DNA from: a virus
Lineage: Duplodnaviria > Caudoviricetes
Direction: 5' to 3' (one strand)
Length of the DNA stretch: 64,000 nucleotides
Virus record (IMG/VR): IMGVR_UViG_3300024229_000651
Below are positions 1 to 13,000 of this stretch, piece after piece (position 1 is the first letter of the stretch; every line of letters starts with the position of its first letter). The position numbers and the translations under genes were made by a program. The notes under the pieces are model-generated. The model made no database searches. It had not been told where the DNA came from and was given only the letters and a program-made list of their open reading frames with translations.

Positions 1-1080
1 GTTGGTCGAATGCATAACAAAAAAGTATACTCGGCAGCTTCTGGAAAAGTATTCCAATTGTCTTACAGTAGTACAAATTTAAATGTGGTCAAGCATTATG
101 GTAGTTCTTCGCATACTGCAAAAATAGGAAAAAGTTTTACACAAAATACTCTTAGTAGTAACCTCGAGGATGTGTATTTCAAATGGCAGCACAATGTAGA
201 CAACAGTGTTAGAATAGATCCTAGTATCAGTAATGTACAGGAACTGTTTGTATTAACAGAAACTTATTATAATGAAGTTTTAACTTACCTAAACGTTCCT
301 GGGACTCCATGGCCAACTGAACCTACAACGACACAACTTGCAACAGAATTTCAAAATCTAGAAGATATTAAAGCGGCAAGTGATCAGTTAATATTTAGAA
401 GCGGAAGATTTAAACTGTTGTTCGGCGACGATGCCGCGTCTGAATTGCAAGCAACATTTAAAGTTGTTAGATTAGCAGGATCTACATTAAGTGATAACGA
501 GATTAAATCCAAAGTAATCAGTTCTATCAATGCATATTTTGATATTAGCAATTGGGAATTCGGCGACACATTTTATTTTACAGAGTTAAGTAGCTTTATA
601 CACCAGCAAGTAGGTAACGCTATTGGCAGTATTGTTATTGTGCCTAGGAAAGCGGGTAGTGTGTTCGGCGATCTTTTCCAAGTTAAGGCAGACCCAGACG
701 AACTGTTTATTAGTACTGCCGCTGTTGATGATATTCAAATTGTAGATAAGATAACGAAGTCAAATCTTAAAAGTCCTCTAGCACAAGGAACATTCTCTAC
801 TTACGAAAATCCCGGTGCTGATGTTGGTCCATATGCTATTAATGGATATTATCCGCTGTATTCAACTACAACGGCAGCTGAATTTTATGGTAGTGGAACA
901 TACCATACACATGAATTTTTTGGAAAAACATTTTATATGCCAGACGGCATAGAAAACTTCCACGGAAATTATGTGGTTGAAGTTGGCGTAGCAGGCTCAG
1001 GCACAACTACTAAACAAAATGTTACCAATAACACTATACCAAATAGTGCAACAAATAACTCAAGCGGTGGAACGTATTAA
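1..1080 (+). CDS. Baseplate wedge-like virion protein, C-terminal part (5'-truncated by window edge)
   Basis: Frame is open from base 1 (GTT GGT CGA ATG...) to TAA at 1078-1080. The segment ATFKVV...SDNEIKSKVISSINAYF...W.FGDTFYFTELSSFIH...IGSIVIVP resembles the C-terminus of myophage baseplate wedge (T4 gp6-like) proteins. It lies directly upstream of other structural genes. Confidence 0.6.
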   Translation, partial: VGRMHNKKVYSAASGKVFQLSYSSTNLNVVKHYGSSSHTAKIGKSFTQNTLSSNLEDVYFKWQHNVDNSVRIDPSISNVQELFVLTETYYNEVLTYLNVPGTPWPTEPTTTQLATEFQNLEDIKAASDQLIFRSGRFKLLFGDDAASELQATFKVVRLAGSTLSDNEIKSKVISSINAYFDISNWEFGDTFYFTELSSFIHQQVGNAIGSIVIVPRKAGSVFGDLFQVKADPDELFISTAAVDDIQIVDKITKSNLKSPLAQGTFSTYENPGADVGPYAINGYYPLYSTTTAAEFYGSGTYHTHEFFGKTFYMPDGIENFHGNYVVEVGVAGSGTTTKQNVTNNTIPNSATNNSSGGTY

Positions 1081-4000
1081 TGGCCGATAAAAAATATACT
1101 AAATTACCAGGAGTACACCAAACTCCTGTAATCAAGAATTTCTTTGAAACTACAGTTGAGCAATTATTTTCAAAATCGAAAATAGATTCAATATCAGGTT
1201 ATGTTGGGCGTAAGGATGTATCTTTATACGAATTTAAAGATACATATATTACCCAGCCAGACGCAGCCAGAGATAAGTTCAGTTTAGAACCAGTTGTAAA
1301 TACACTGGAGCCTGTAACTGGCGCAACCACTAATAGGGTGTTCTGGAGTGACTTTGTAAATATTTTAAAGAGCTACGGAGTGGACACAACAAATCAAAAT
1401 CCTATTTTTGATTCTACTTTCTATTCTTTCCTGCCGCCTATAAACATCGATAAGTTTATCAACTATCAGGAGTATTTTTGGAGTCCGCAAGGTCCTACAG
1501 CTATACTAATCGAAGGTACTGGCGAAAACTTTATCAATGTTGATAAGGATATAATTGGTAAAAAAACTTATACCTCACCATCAGGCGTTGTATTTAGAAA
1601 CGGCATGGTTGTTTCTTTTGTGGGAGACTTTGTAATACCCCAAACACGCATTAATGCGAGATATGTTATCGAGGGCGTAGGCTCCAATATTATTTTACAT
1701 GACAAAGATCAGAACTATGCTACATCATTTAGTACAGAAGATTTTATACCGTTCGACCAAACAATTATTGACTCAACAGATGAGCTCATAGCTACAACCA
1801 CAGACCCTGCAGATACAAGATTTTTAAGTGGCGGGTTGATAGGTGTAAACAACTACCGTTATTATGCTTCAAACGGACAAGAATTTTTGTTTAGTAGTTT
1901 GGATCAAACTGATGCAGATACTGGCGGATTCATGTGGTCCGATTTTGTTGCGCCAGCCGGCTCACCATTAATATACACTGTTGGCGGCGAAGGAGCATTT
2001 GACGTAGATCCTTACGATAGTGGTAATACGCAAACTGTACCCGACTATATAATGATGCAACGTGGTGCGATAGACAACAATGTCTGGTCCAGAATTAACT
2101 TTTGGCACCATAGACAAAACTTTATCGACGCTGGCGACTTGCTACCAGAAAAAGAGAATAGAGCTATACGTCCTATTATCGAATTCGACAGAAACATAGA
2201 ATTATATAATTTTGGTAAATCGGGTATAACATCGGTAGAGATTGCTGCATTTGATACTACTTTACAGGAAGTATTAGGCAGACCAATTGGCGCATCTGTT
2301 GATAGTGTGTCTATGTCAGTAGGCGCTAGGATGATATTCCCTAATGCAGATGAAGACATATCTCCGTATATCTACGAAGTAGTAGAAAGTACACAATCTA
2401 CAATAGCACAATCAGTAACGAATACAAATATAATTGAACTATCTGAAGAAAATCCTGATGTATATATAGGCGCAAAAGTAACTTCAGTAGACCCTAACTC
2501 TCCAATTTCATCAACAACTGTGGAAAGCATAGACGGTACTACTATCACACTAGATAACAATGTTACTGTAAGCCTAGGCACAGAATTAATATTCTCAGAC
2601 AGAGTTATACTAAAAAGAATTTCCGATCCTAGAAGTACAGTAGTATTACTGGAAGGTGCTCCCGACTTTGCACCATACACCCCACAAAACTTTGATATTA
2701 TCAGTGTTAAATTTGGATCTAAAAAGCAAGGTGCTGAATATTACTGGCAAAATGATTCCATGTCTTGGGTACAAGGACAAGGCAAAAACAAGGTTAACAC
2801 ACCTATAAACTTTAATGTTTATGATCAAAACAAAAACAGTTTAAGTGACCAATTAATATACCCCGGCACAAGTTGTAACGGTAATAACATATTTGGATAC
2901 ACTACAGCTGGTAGTAATTTAGTTGTTGACCCAGTATTAGGGTTCACGATGCAATATGAGAACTTTAACAATTTTAGCGAAATATCATATACCAACTTTT
3001 TAGATAATAGTACTATAAGCTATATTCCGTTTGGATCAAACGAGACCGCATACGTTAGTGGTTACAAATATTACAAAAAAATAGATAGTGATGGCAATAT
3101 ACTTTTTGATACCATGTGGAGACAGCAGGATAAAAAACATGCCTTGCGTGTCGAAGATAGACATATCGTTAATGAGACTGATGTATCTTCTAATAGGGTT
3201 TTTGTAAAGATATCTGCAAAGCCTAAAAATGCAGAACAAAGCATGCGTGTTTATGTCAATGGAAGCCGAACTACAAACTTTTCTTACGAAGCTGATACAA
3301 ATTCTGTTGTTTTTGTAAACTACGAGTTTAAATTAAACGACATTATAGATGTGTACACACATACATCTAGCGGCATATTGCAAGAAGAAACACTAAACGG
3401 CATGTACGATATTCCATTAAGTTGGCACAGTAATTTTCTTAATAATGATATCGTAACTATTTCGAGCCCACAGTTTACAGAGCATTTTTATAATTTAATT
3501 AAAGATCAGGAAGACTTTTCCGGAGATGCGTTTGGTTCAAGCAACATTAACGAATTAAATGTTGACACATATTGGGCACAGAAGATTGTACAAACAGACG
3601 AGGATTTAGCAACGGCTGCGTTCTTGTTCAGTAACGACTCATTTAACTTAAAAGATGCGATGGAATATTCCGGAGACGAATATGTTAAGTTTAAAAACCG
3701 ATTAACAACAGAAATAGAAAAATTTATTAATGATAACGATGTGTCGGACTTATCGATCGGTGAATGCTTAGAATTTGTTTTAGACGGTACAAGCCTGTAC
3801 AGTCAAGGAAAGAATGTTTTTGCCGATACATATATGTTGGCACACGGTGATAAGAAAATTAGAGAACAAATTACTGTTAATAACGTGTTAAGAAAAGAAT
3901 ATGTATTAAACGGCTTTGTTGATATTACTAAAATAGAAAATACAGTATACGTGTACGATGCATCTAGTACTAGTAAAGACACGCTATTGATCGCTGACAA

Positions 4001-7000
4001 AGATTACAAAATAACTTCAGCTGGCGGCATAATAACTGTAACATTTACAGACGATTATGTTTTAACATTAGGCAACACTCTTACGTTTGATATTTACGAC
4101 AATGTTAGAGATACAGTTAATATACCTCCAACGCCTAGTACACTAGGGATATATCCAGTTTACGAACCTGCTGTTATAACAGACAACACGTTCCAAACAC
4201 CGATGACTTTTATAGTTGGCCATGATGGGAGCAAAACCCTAGCAACGAATGATGTATACGATCAAATATTGATGGAGTTTGAGATTCGTGTTTATAACAA
4301 CATAATGCAAACTTACAGAGATCGTATAAGTGATTTAGAATTAAACTTTACAGAAATAACAGATGGATATTTTAGAAAGATAGGACGCCCACGTGAGCGA
4401 ATCTATAATTTGCTAAGACCTAGTTTTAATAAATTTGTAAACACTAACAATTTAGATTATTTTGCAAACGATTTCTATGATTCAGACAACGAGTTGACAT
4501 GGAACTATGATCAAGGAAATGAGAATCCAGGACATTGGAGAGGGTTGTTTGCATATTTGTACGATACGGAAACCCCACATACAACACCGTGGGAGATGCT
4601 AGGTTTCACGTCCAAGCCAAGTTGGTGGGAATCCGAGTACGGAGTTGATTATAATTTAACTAATATTTTGCTATGGGAAGACTTAGAGAACGGGATCATT
4701 CGTCAAGGTGATAGAGAAAATATAACAAACAACAAATACTTAAAAACCGATAATAGTTATAGAAGAATAGGACTATCTAATGTTTATCCTATATCCGAGA
4801 CCGGAGAATTATTATCACCATTTAAAATACTTTCAACTAAAAATACAAATAAAGTATTAGAATGGGTCAATACTACAACAGGCACAGCCTCACTAGGCAT
4901 AGGAGATTCATTTAGTTCCGATGCAGCTGGTTTGGGTGTTGCAGAATATACTGGCGTAGATACAGCACTAAACATATCATCGCAGGGTATAATTAATCAT
5001 GCAGTTGGTGAATTTCCTAATAGTCACAATAATAACCAGATAGAAATTAGACCTAGATTCTATACAATACCAGTATATACTGGAACAACAACGCAATTAG
5101 GTAATGCAGCACAGCGAGCATCGCATTTTACTAGTGCTACATCCATCGGCACCGGCGCAATAGGTGTTGCAGTAAATGGTGCAGTAATAACGTCACCAGA
5201 TTACAATTTACCGCATGAATTGGATACATCGCTTCATTATAATTCAGGATATTCAAATAGACAGGGCAGAGATAGTGCAAATGGGTGCCCTGATAGTAAC
5301 GGCACTTACGGATATATTCAACCTGACTCTGCTGTAACAGGTCCGCAGTCTGCAGACGAGCACTCGCCAATAGTGGGCTGGGCGTTTGATGGACTGCCAA
5401 TTTACGGACCTTACGGATATCATGACCGTCTGAACAATAACAGTGATATTAGGCGATTAACAACTAGTTACATGCTAAAGCAAGGTACCAGAGACAGTGT
5501 TGTTGGCGGCATATACAGCGGCGAGTTCCTAGAAGATTACGAATATGTGGATAGTGAAGGCGACCTAGACCAATTCAACGGAAGATGGGGCAAAACTCCA
5601 GAGTTTCCTAACGGCACTTATTACTATGTTGCAACAGTCGATGATGCCGGTCAGCCGCAATATCCGTATACTATAGGTCCTAAATTCGCACAACAGCCGC
5701 TCGAGCTAGGTATGAATAGATTGGGAATTGCTACTTCAGATACAGTTAATACTCCGGTATATAGAGTAACTAGTGAGAAGACAGCAACATTTAAAATATT
5801 AAATGAAACTGATTTATCAAGTGGTTGGAGGTTCGGAGACGGTGCTCCTGTCGAACAAGCATGGAAAATGACTTCTGCTTATCCGTTTGCAGTAGCACAA
5901 GCATTGCTTCTTTCTAAGCCTGGTAAATTTGTGTCTGCGTTCAGCAAGCCGCAAAATATTACAATTGCGCAAGCAAATACCAAGCAGGTAATAGACAAAG
6001 ATACAAATAGACGTTTCAAGATACAGTCAACCTCTATACATGGTAATAGAGACGACAACGGCAAATTAATAACAGCAACCGGTTTTACACAATTTATCGA
6101 TTGCTATCTAAAGTTTCGTGGCTTATCCACAGCAAAAGAATTTGTCCCAGCATTCAGAACAATTAACAGTAAGCTCGGACACAAGTTTGCAGGATTTGTC
6201 GATAAAGATACTATGACCGTATATAGTGATAGCTATAGTACAACTGGCAATAGTTCTAGTTTAATACTACCTCAAGAAGATGTGGAAATTGACATACATC
6301 AAAGTCCATACTCTAGTACAAACGATTATACTGGTGTGTATATTACGTTAACAGATCGGAAAACATATAAGGTATCCGGTTATAATAACATTAAGCGATT
6401 TTTTGAGATAGAAGAAAGTAACACGTCAGGTCCTAGGCAAGACGTTAGTGTCGCTGGAGCTCCGGCTGAATCTACTAACTACGAATCTGCTAACTTTTAT
6501 TCTGCTAATGTTATAGTAAAATCTGGTTACAATTTTTATAGGTCAAAGACAGCTGCGCCAAAAGGCAGCAGTATCACAGACACAACAATTTGGCAAAGAT
6601 TACCAGCATTACCAACAGTTGGTGGTGCAGAAGCAACACTGTATTTGCAAGGCACAGGAAAAATACTACAAGTAGAATACGATACAGAGTTTACAACAGA
6701 AGCAGAACTGTATGACTTTTTAATTAGCCTAGGCCGAAGACAAAAAGCACTAGGATTTAGTTTTGGCGAATTCAACGTTGAAATAAACGATTTGAACGAT
6801 TGGGCATATTCTGCAAAACAGTTTTTGTTTTGGAGTGCAGGTAAGTGGGCAACAGGTAATACATTAAGTTTGAGCCCATCTGCGACACGTATATTCTTTA
6901 AAGCACAGACAGGCAGAGTTAGTAAAATCTTTGATGTAGACCAAGGTCAATACAGCATAGTTGACCAAGAAGGTAAGTCTATACGTGCAGAACAGTGCGA

Positions 7001-10000
7001 GATTATTAGAGACGGTGACACAATCGAAATTGCAGCTCTAGACGATAGACAGATTTTTGGTATTATATTGTACACCGACGAAATAGAACATGTGTTGTTG
7101 ATATCTAACAAAACTACATTTGGTGATACAATTTATTCGGATGTGTACAACCAACGCCAAGACAGATTAAAAATTAGAGGCAAACGAACAAGTGACTGGA
7201 ACGGCACATTGTCCTCATCCGGTTATATTATTAACAATGATAGCTTGTTAGCAAACTTTGATACCCTAGCATCAGACATGGCCAAATACAACGAAATCGG
7301 TCATGTTCCTGTTGACAAAACTCTATATGACCTGACACGTAGACAGTACGGGTACGATGAAAGAAAGTATTTGCGTGAATTTGAAATGACTTTCGATGAC
7401 CAGTACGATTTTTATGCAGGTATGATCAGAAATAAAGGAACTAAAAACAGTTTAGAAATATTGCTGAACAGTGAAAAAGTGTTTATCCCAGGCAACGTAA
7501 GTATTTACGATGAGTGGGCATTAAAATCTGGCGACTTCGGTGATGTAGACAACTATCAAACTGTTGATTTAAAAATAGACAAAGATGAAATACGAAACGA
7601 AAAACAGCTAGTTTCGATTTCGTATCCAGAAGACACTGTTAGTGAAGTTACTAACGTAGAAGTACTAGCGCCTACAACAAAGTTTTTTAGTAGGCCTACA
7701 CTGGAAATTGAACCACCACCCGCAGACATACCTGGCAGCTTTGTATACGGCGGCGGCACAACAGCAACAGCTATAGTTAACTTAGGAGCCGATGGCACTA
7801 TCACAAGTGTCGATGTTACTGATCCAGGTTACGGCTACACGATTAATCCAGCAGTAACAGTAGTAGCAGCAGAACTATTAACAGCAAATATTACTACAGC
7901 ATTTACTTTACCGTGGGCTATGTCAACTAGTTATGTTGCAAATAATGGTGATGTAACAGGAATTTCTAATGTTACAATAACAGATCATTTTGCTAATTCT
8001 GCCTATGCAGACAGCGTAGTAGACTTATCTACGGCAACAACTGTTGCCGATGTAGAAGCAGCATTTAAAGATACAATCTCGCAGATAATATTAGACGACA
8101 GTTTAGGATTTTCAGGGACATCTACACTTACTGTATCATCTTCCAGAATTGCTACAGATGCCGGAGAGGAATTTTTAATTACACTGAGAGGTAATGACTT
8201 TTCTCTAAGCGATAATGTTAATAACGATCTAGTAGACATTCTCAAACTAGAATCAAAGCGATACCAGCCAAGACAGCGTTATAGTTTTGAAACTGCTAAC
8301 AGCACAGTATATACAGATGTTTCTCTTTCTGTTGATAGTGTTGGGTTATCGGGGAATATTGTCGGGTCAACTGGAGACCATTTATGGGAATTCGATGCCG
8401 GCAGTAGAACAACAATTAATCATATTGGCGGAAGAAAGACCTCCGGCAGTGTGTCATATACATTCGCACCAGTTAGTCCAAATGGAGAATTAACAGATAC
8501 TATAGCCGCAGATAACTTGCAGATCATCAACGGTGAATACCCACACGTTGACGTATTCATTAATGGAAGTAAACTTCCTGGAAATGAGCAAACACTGTTT
8601 TCTATCACAGGCGACTCAACAACAAACACAATAACTTTACTGGACATTGCGTCTTTACCAGGCGGAGAATTAAAAGCAGATGCAAAGATAGAAGTTGTTG
8701 AATATGCAACCATAGACTTTGTAGATGCATATCAAGGAGACCTCCCTGGCAGAACATTGAATATAAAAGTATTTGCAAACGATGCACTGGCAGCAAGGCT
8801 AAGAAGTATCCGAACTTACGAGATATATCCTGATAACAAGGCCGATGCAACTATTATGATAGACGTTGATGACGCAGACAGGCTAGTAACAAGGCCTACA
8901 GATTTATCAACAAACGGCTTATGGCCCACAACTACAGCAGTAGACTATTCGGGTATTACAGACAAAGCATATAAAAAATTACCAAACTCCGGTTATATCT
9001 CAAAGTATACAGTGGACCACCAAGCATGGAATATATACGACTTCGAGACCCTGTTTGAAACAACAGGAAAACTAGCATCTCAAATTCCAGACACAGATAG
9101 TACTGTGCATTTTGCAAACAGTGAGCATGGCGATTTTGATGTGTATAATATATCTCTCCTGGAAGGTAATTCATATATTAAATGGCAACCTAACGCAGGA
9201 ACAACATACTTGTATACAGATTTTAGTCTTATTTCTGATGCTGGGATATTAGACGGCAATAATACTGACAGTCCCGCAGACCACACAGAATATTTTGATC
9301 GAGTTCTTGTGTTAAAAGGTCTTACAGCTATAGACGATTACCAAGGATCACTAGTTTACGAAAATGGCGAATTAATATATTCTCCTAGAATACTTTCTAT
9401 TAATACACCTGTTACTAGATTCAGCGAAGAGAAACTAATCAACGAGCAAGCAGTCGTTATGTCTAACATTCAGTTCGCTGCTCCCACAACAACATTAATA
9501 TCTAGTATAGTACCTGAAGTTAGTGCAAGTATATCTTACGTAGAACCTGCTTATACTGGCGTTGTGGGAAGCCTAGAAATCCCAGCATCTGCAGACATAG
9601 AGCAAGAATTTAACACATATAGTATTTTAAGACGAGCAGAAATAAAAACAACGTCAGCGCCATTTAATGGATCGATGACTTTCTCACTAGGGAAAGGACA
9701 ACTGGACGGATTACAGATTAACGATTGCATATGGATAGAGTCAGATCACCCTACAGCAGCAAATATTTCTTCCAATATGTACCGTGTTGCATCTATAGAT
9801 TCTAACAATGTTAGACTATATGCAAACTTAGCTACACTATCAGGTGTTGCAGATAGTATACCTAGAGCAAATGTGCAATTTGTCAATTATGGACAATATA
9901 ATTTCGAAGGGAATGCAAATGCTGATGGGTACAGTGTACAGGTATATTCCAAAGACCATGGTTATAGCACAGGCGATACTGTGTTATTCAATGTTAATAA

Positions 10001-13000
10001 CATTGCAGGCGAAGCCGGTGATGAGTTTAAAATAAAGAATGCTACTCCGAATACATTCAGAGTTGAGTCTGGAATATATCTAGGTGACAGCCAAAAGGAT
10101 TTATTAACAAACAGCGGCACTGTAAACAATACAGATAAGGAAGTAATAATATCCGCCACAATGGATCCTTCGACAGATACATCAGTACAAAAATATTTAG
10201 TACCTGGTGGGTTTGTGACATTTACTGATGCATCGGGAACATCGATTGACGGTAATACATACCAAATTTTAGATGTAGATAAGACTGTTCAGATAGGAAA
10301 TCCAGATGGACAAAATGAATTAGGTGACTTTATTGTAACACACGCTGATGTTTATAGCGATACCGTAAATAGTATTAACGGTAAGACAATAACACTGACT
10401 AATGGAGTTGCAGAGCAAGTACAGCCCGGGATGTATGTCGAAACAGATATTGCTCCTACTCGTGTAGAAGAAGTAAATTACAAATCTGACGTAACAGCAA
10501 GTAGAAGAATGTTTGTCCAAGCATTTGTTGATTTTGCAAGTGACGATTACTCCGGTGTTACACAACAACAATATGCTGTACTAGCACAAGAGTTTCAAGA
10601 GCTGTCGATAGGAATAGATTCAGCTACGTTTGTACTCAATGAACTTTTACCAACAGACATTGTTATAGGTGATCCTGTTGAAATTCCAGGAATTGCATCA
10701 TTCGACGACGGATTAACTGTTGTAGGCATTAACGGCACTACTATTACACTAAGCAGTCCAGTATTAGTTAAGCACGACACGGATGTATTCTTTAAACATG
10801 CATACCCGCTACGTATAGACACTGTGGTCTTCGAAGAGGAGCTAGATGGCTTTAACATCGGCGACAATATAATATTTGTTGAAGGCGGCTATAATGAAAG
10901 CAACCCAGGGAGCCGAGCAATAAGCACGGTATTCTCAATTGATGCTCCTAATCTAACAGCAAGTGTTGACTCTGATAATTTAACATTCAGAATAGTGAAC
11001 AGCACAAATGTTGTGCTAGAAGGCCCGACAACCGGCATATATAACGGCGATCTTGTTAAGTTAATTTCAGCAGGCTCATACAGCGGCTTCCAATCTGTTA
11101 AAGGTGTTGATCCTGTTAATAATAAATTGTTGTTCGACTTACCTTATGTTCAGCCTATTCTAATAGAAAAAACATCAGCAACAACAGTTACCGACAGCGA
11201 CATAATTAATGCAGGTGCAGATGAGTTAGATGGATTAAAGACGGGTTATCAGCTTTTATCTGATACTGCTACAATCCCAGCAGAAACTTATATATTGGGA
11301 TTTGACTTAACTGGTAACATAGAATTATCGAACGAAGTTAGTGTTTCCGCAGGAGATATTTTAACATTTAGTGACGCTAGATGGCGCTACTCCACGTTAG
11401 TTAACAGTAATATTATTATAACTACTGACGGTGAACATGATTATGATTTAGACGACAGTCAGATTCTAGGAAAAGAGATAACTGTCGCTGATTTTGCACC
11501 GGCACATTATAACTGGAGTTGGACAGTACAAGAAGTACCGACGACTACAACTATTAAAGTAACGGGTTACGGATTCAATCATCCGTACACTGTAAACAGT
11601 GAAACATACGTTAGCAAAGAGTTTTACGACAAGAGAACCACTGAAGCATTTAAAATAGACGGCAAAGATGACCGTGAATTACTGCCGTTCTTGTGGTTTA
11701 ACGATGAAGCCGATATTGTTATTAACGGCGCAGAAATATTTAAGGGTGTTTATCCGTCCTTTGGTGTCGATGAATATATTAGAGAATTAAAACGGATCAA
11801 AGAAGCAAAAGAAGGCAGTGTTTACAAACGCGGATCGTTCGGAATGGTCATGCCCGCCTTGGATGGATTCGGCAACTTTAGTGGATTAGACAACGCTACA
11901 AAGAATCTAATTTCTAGCGGAATAGGAACAGGGCACATACCTGTCAACCCTAATATTGGCGGACCAGTCGGCACTCGCGGTGGCCGTGGAGGCAGAGGCG
12001 GCTATGGAGCTCCTGGCAGAGGCGGTGGCTTTACCCCAAACCCCACAGTTCCTTCACCGGGAACAGGTACACCTGTTACAATCCCGGCAACACCCGGTGT
12101 GCAATTCGGGCCAATTATGCCGCCCGGGTACACTCCTCCAGGTAGCATCGCCCCAGTTGGCAACGGCGGTGGCAGTACTGCGCCACCTGCATCAGTGCTA
12201 CCACCCCAAACCGGTGATCCAAATACAAATGTTCCGGGTGGTGGATCAACTATTGTATCCCCACCAAAAACAGGTGCACAAGATCCAATACAGATGATGT
12301 ATGATCAATTAGGATCAGGGACAATGACTCCTTCGGACCAGCTGGCTATGATCACAGCATATGCTGGCTTCCAAAGCGGTATGCAAAACGCTACACTGTT
12401 ACCTAATCAAGTTTTACAAACGATGCCAAACGCAGGGTACGCTTTAGCTGCACAAGGCAAATCATTAGACGGCGGATATAGTCTCGGCGGCGCTTCGTAC
12501 AACCCAGCGAATAAAGAAACGTCATGGGGACCTGGTGCAAATCAAGGACCTGGTACACTATCAGATCTGTTACTAAACAATTTTACTAGTAATGGCTTTA
12601 AGCCATACACAGCTAACGAAGCATCACAGCAAATGGCTGCTGGATGGACAACATCTTTTTATGCAGCGGTAGGCTATGATCCTTCAACACAGAACACAAC
12701 CGGCTCACCTATTGATATGTTCAACGGTTTATTAGGCAACACACAAGCAATCCGTGGACCTGGAAAATCTAGTCTAAACAGTGGCAAAATGGCATCCTCA
12801 TCACCGTCATCAACATCGTTTAGCGGCGCAGGTGTAGTAGACGGCTTAACTTTCGGACATGTAACAGGCGGCAATCCTACAGGCGCTCAAGCAATAGGTC
12901 TTATTAATAAAAATGCTTTAATTAGTACAAGTACAGGTGGCGCAACCAATGGATTAAACATCAGTGCACTGGCACAGCAAGCTTCAGGCAGTTGTACACC

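Noticed and set aside
11956-12297. 113-aa alternative + frame ORF in the giant gene
   Set aside because: It sits in the GC-rich low-complexity segment where off-frame stops are scarce, and no RBS or function is evident.
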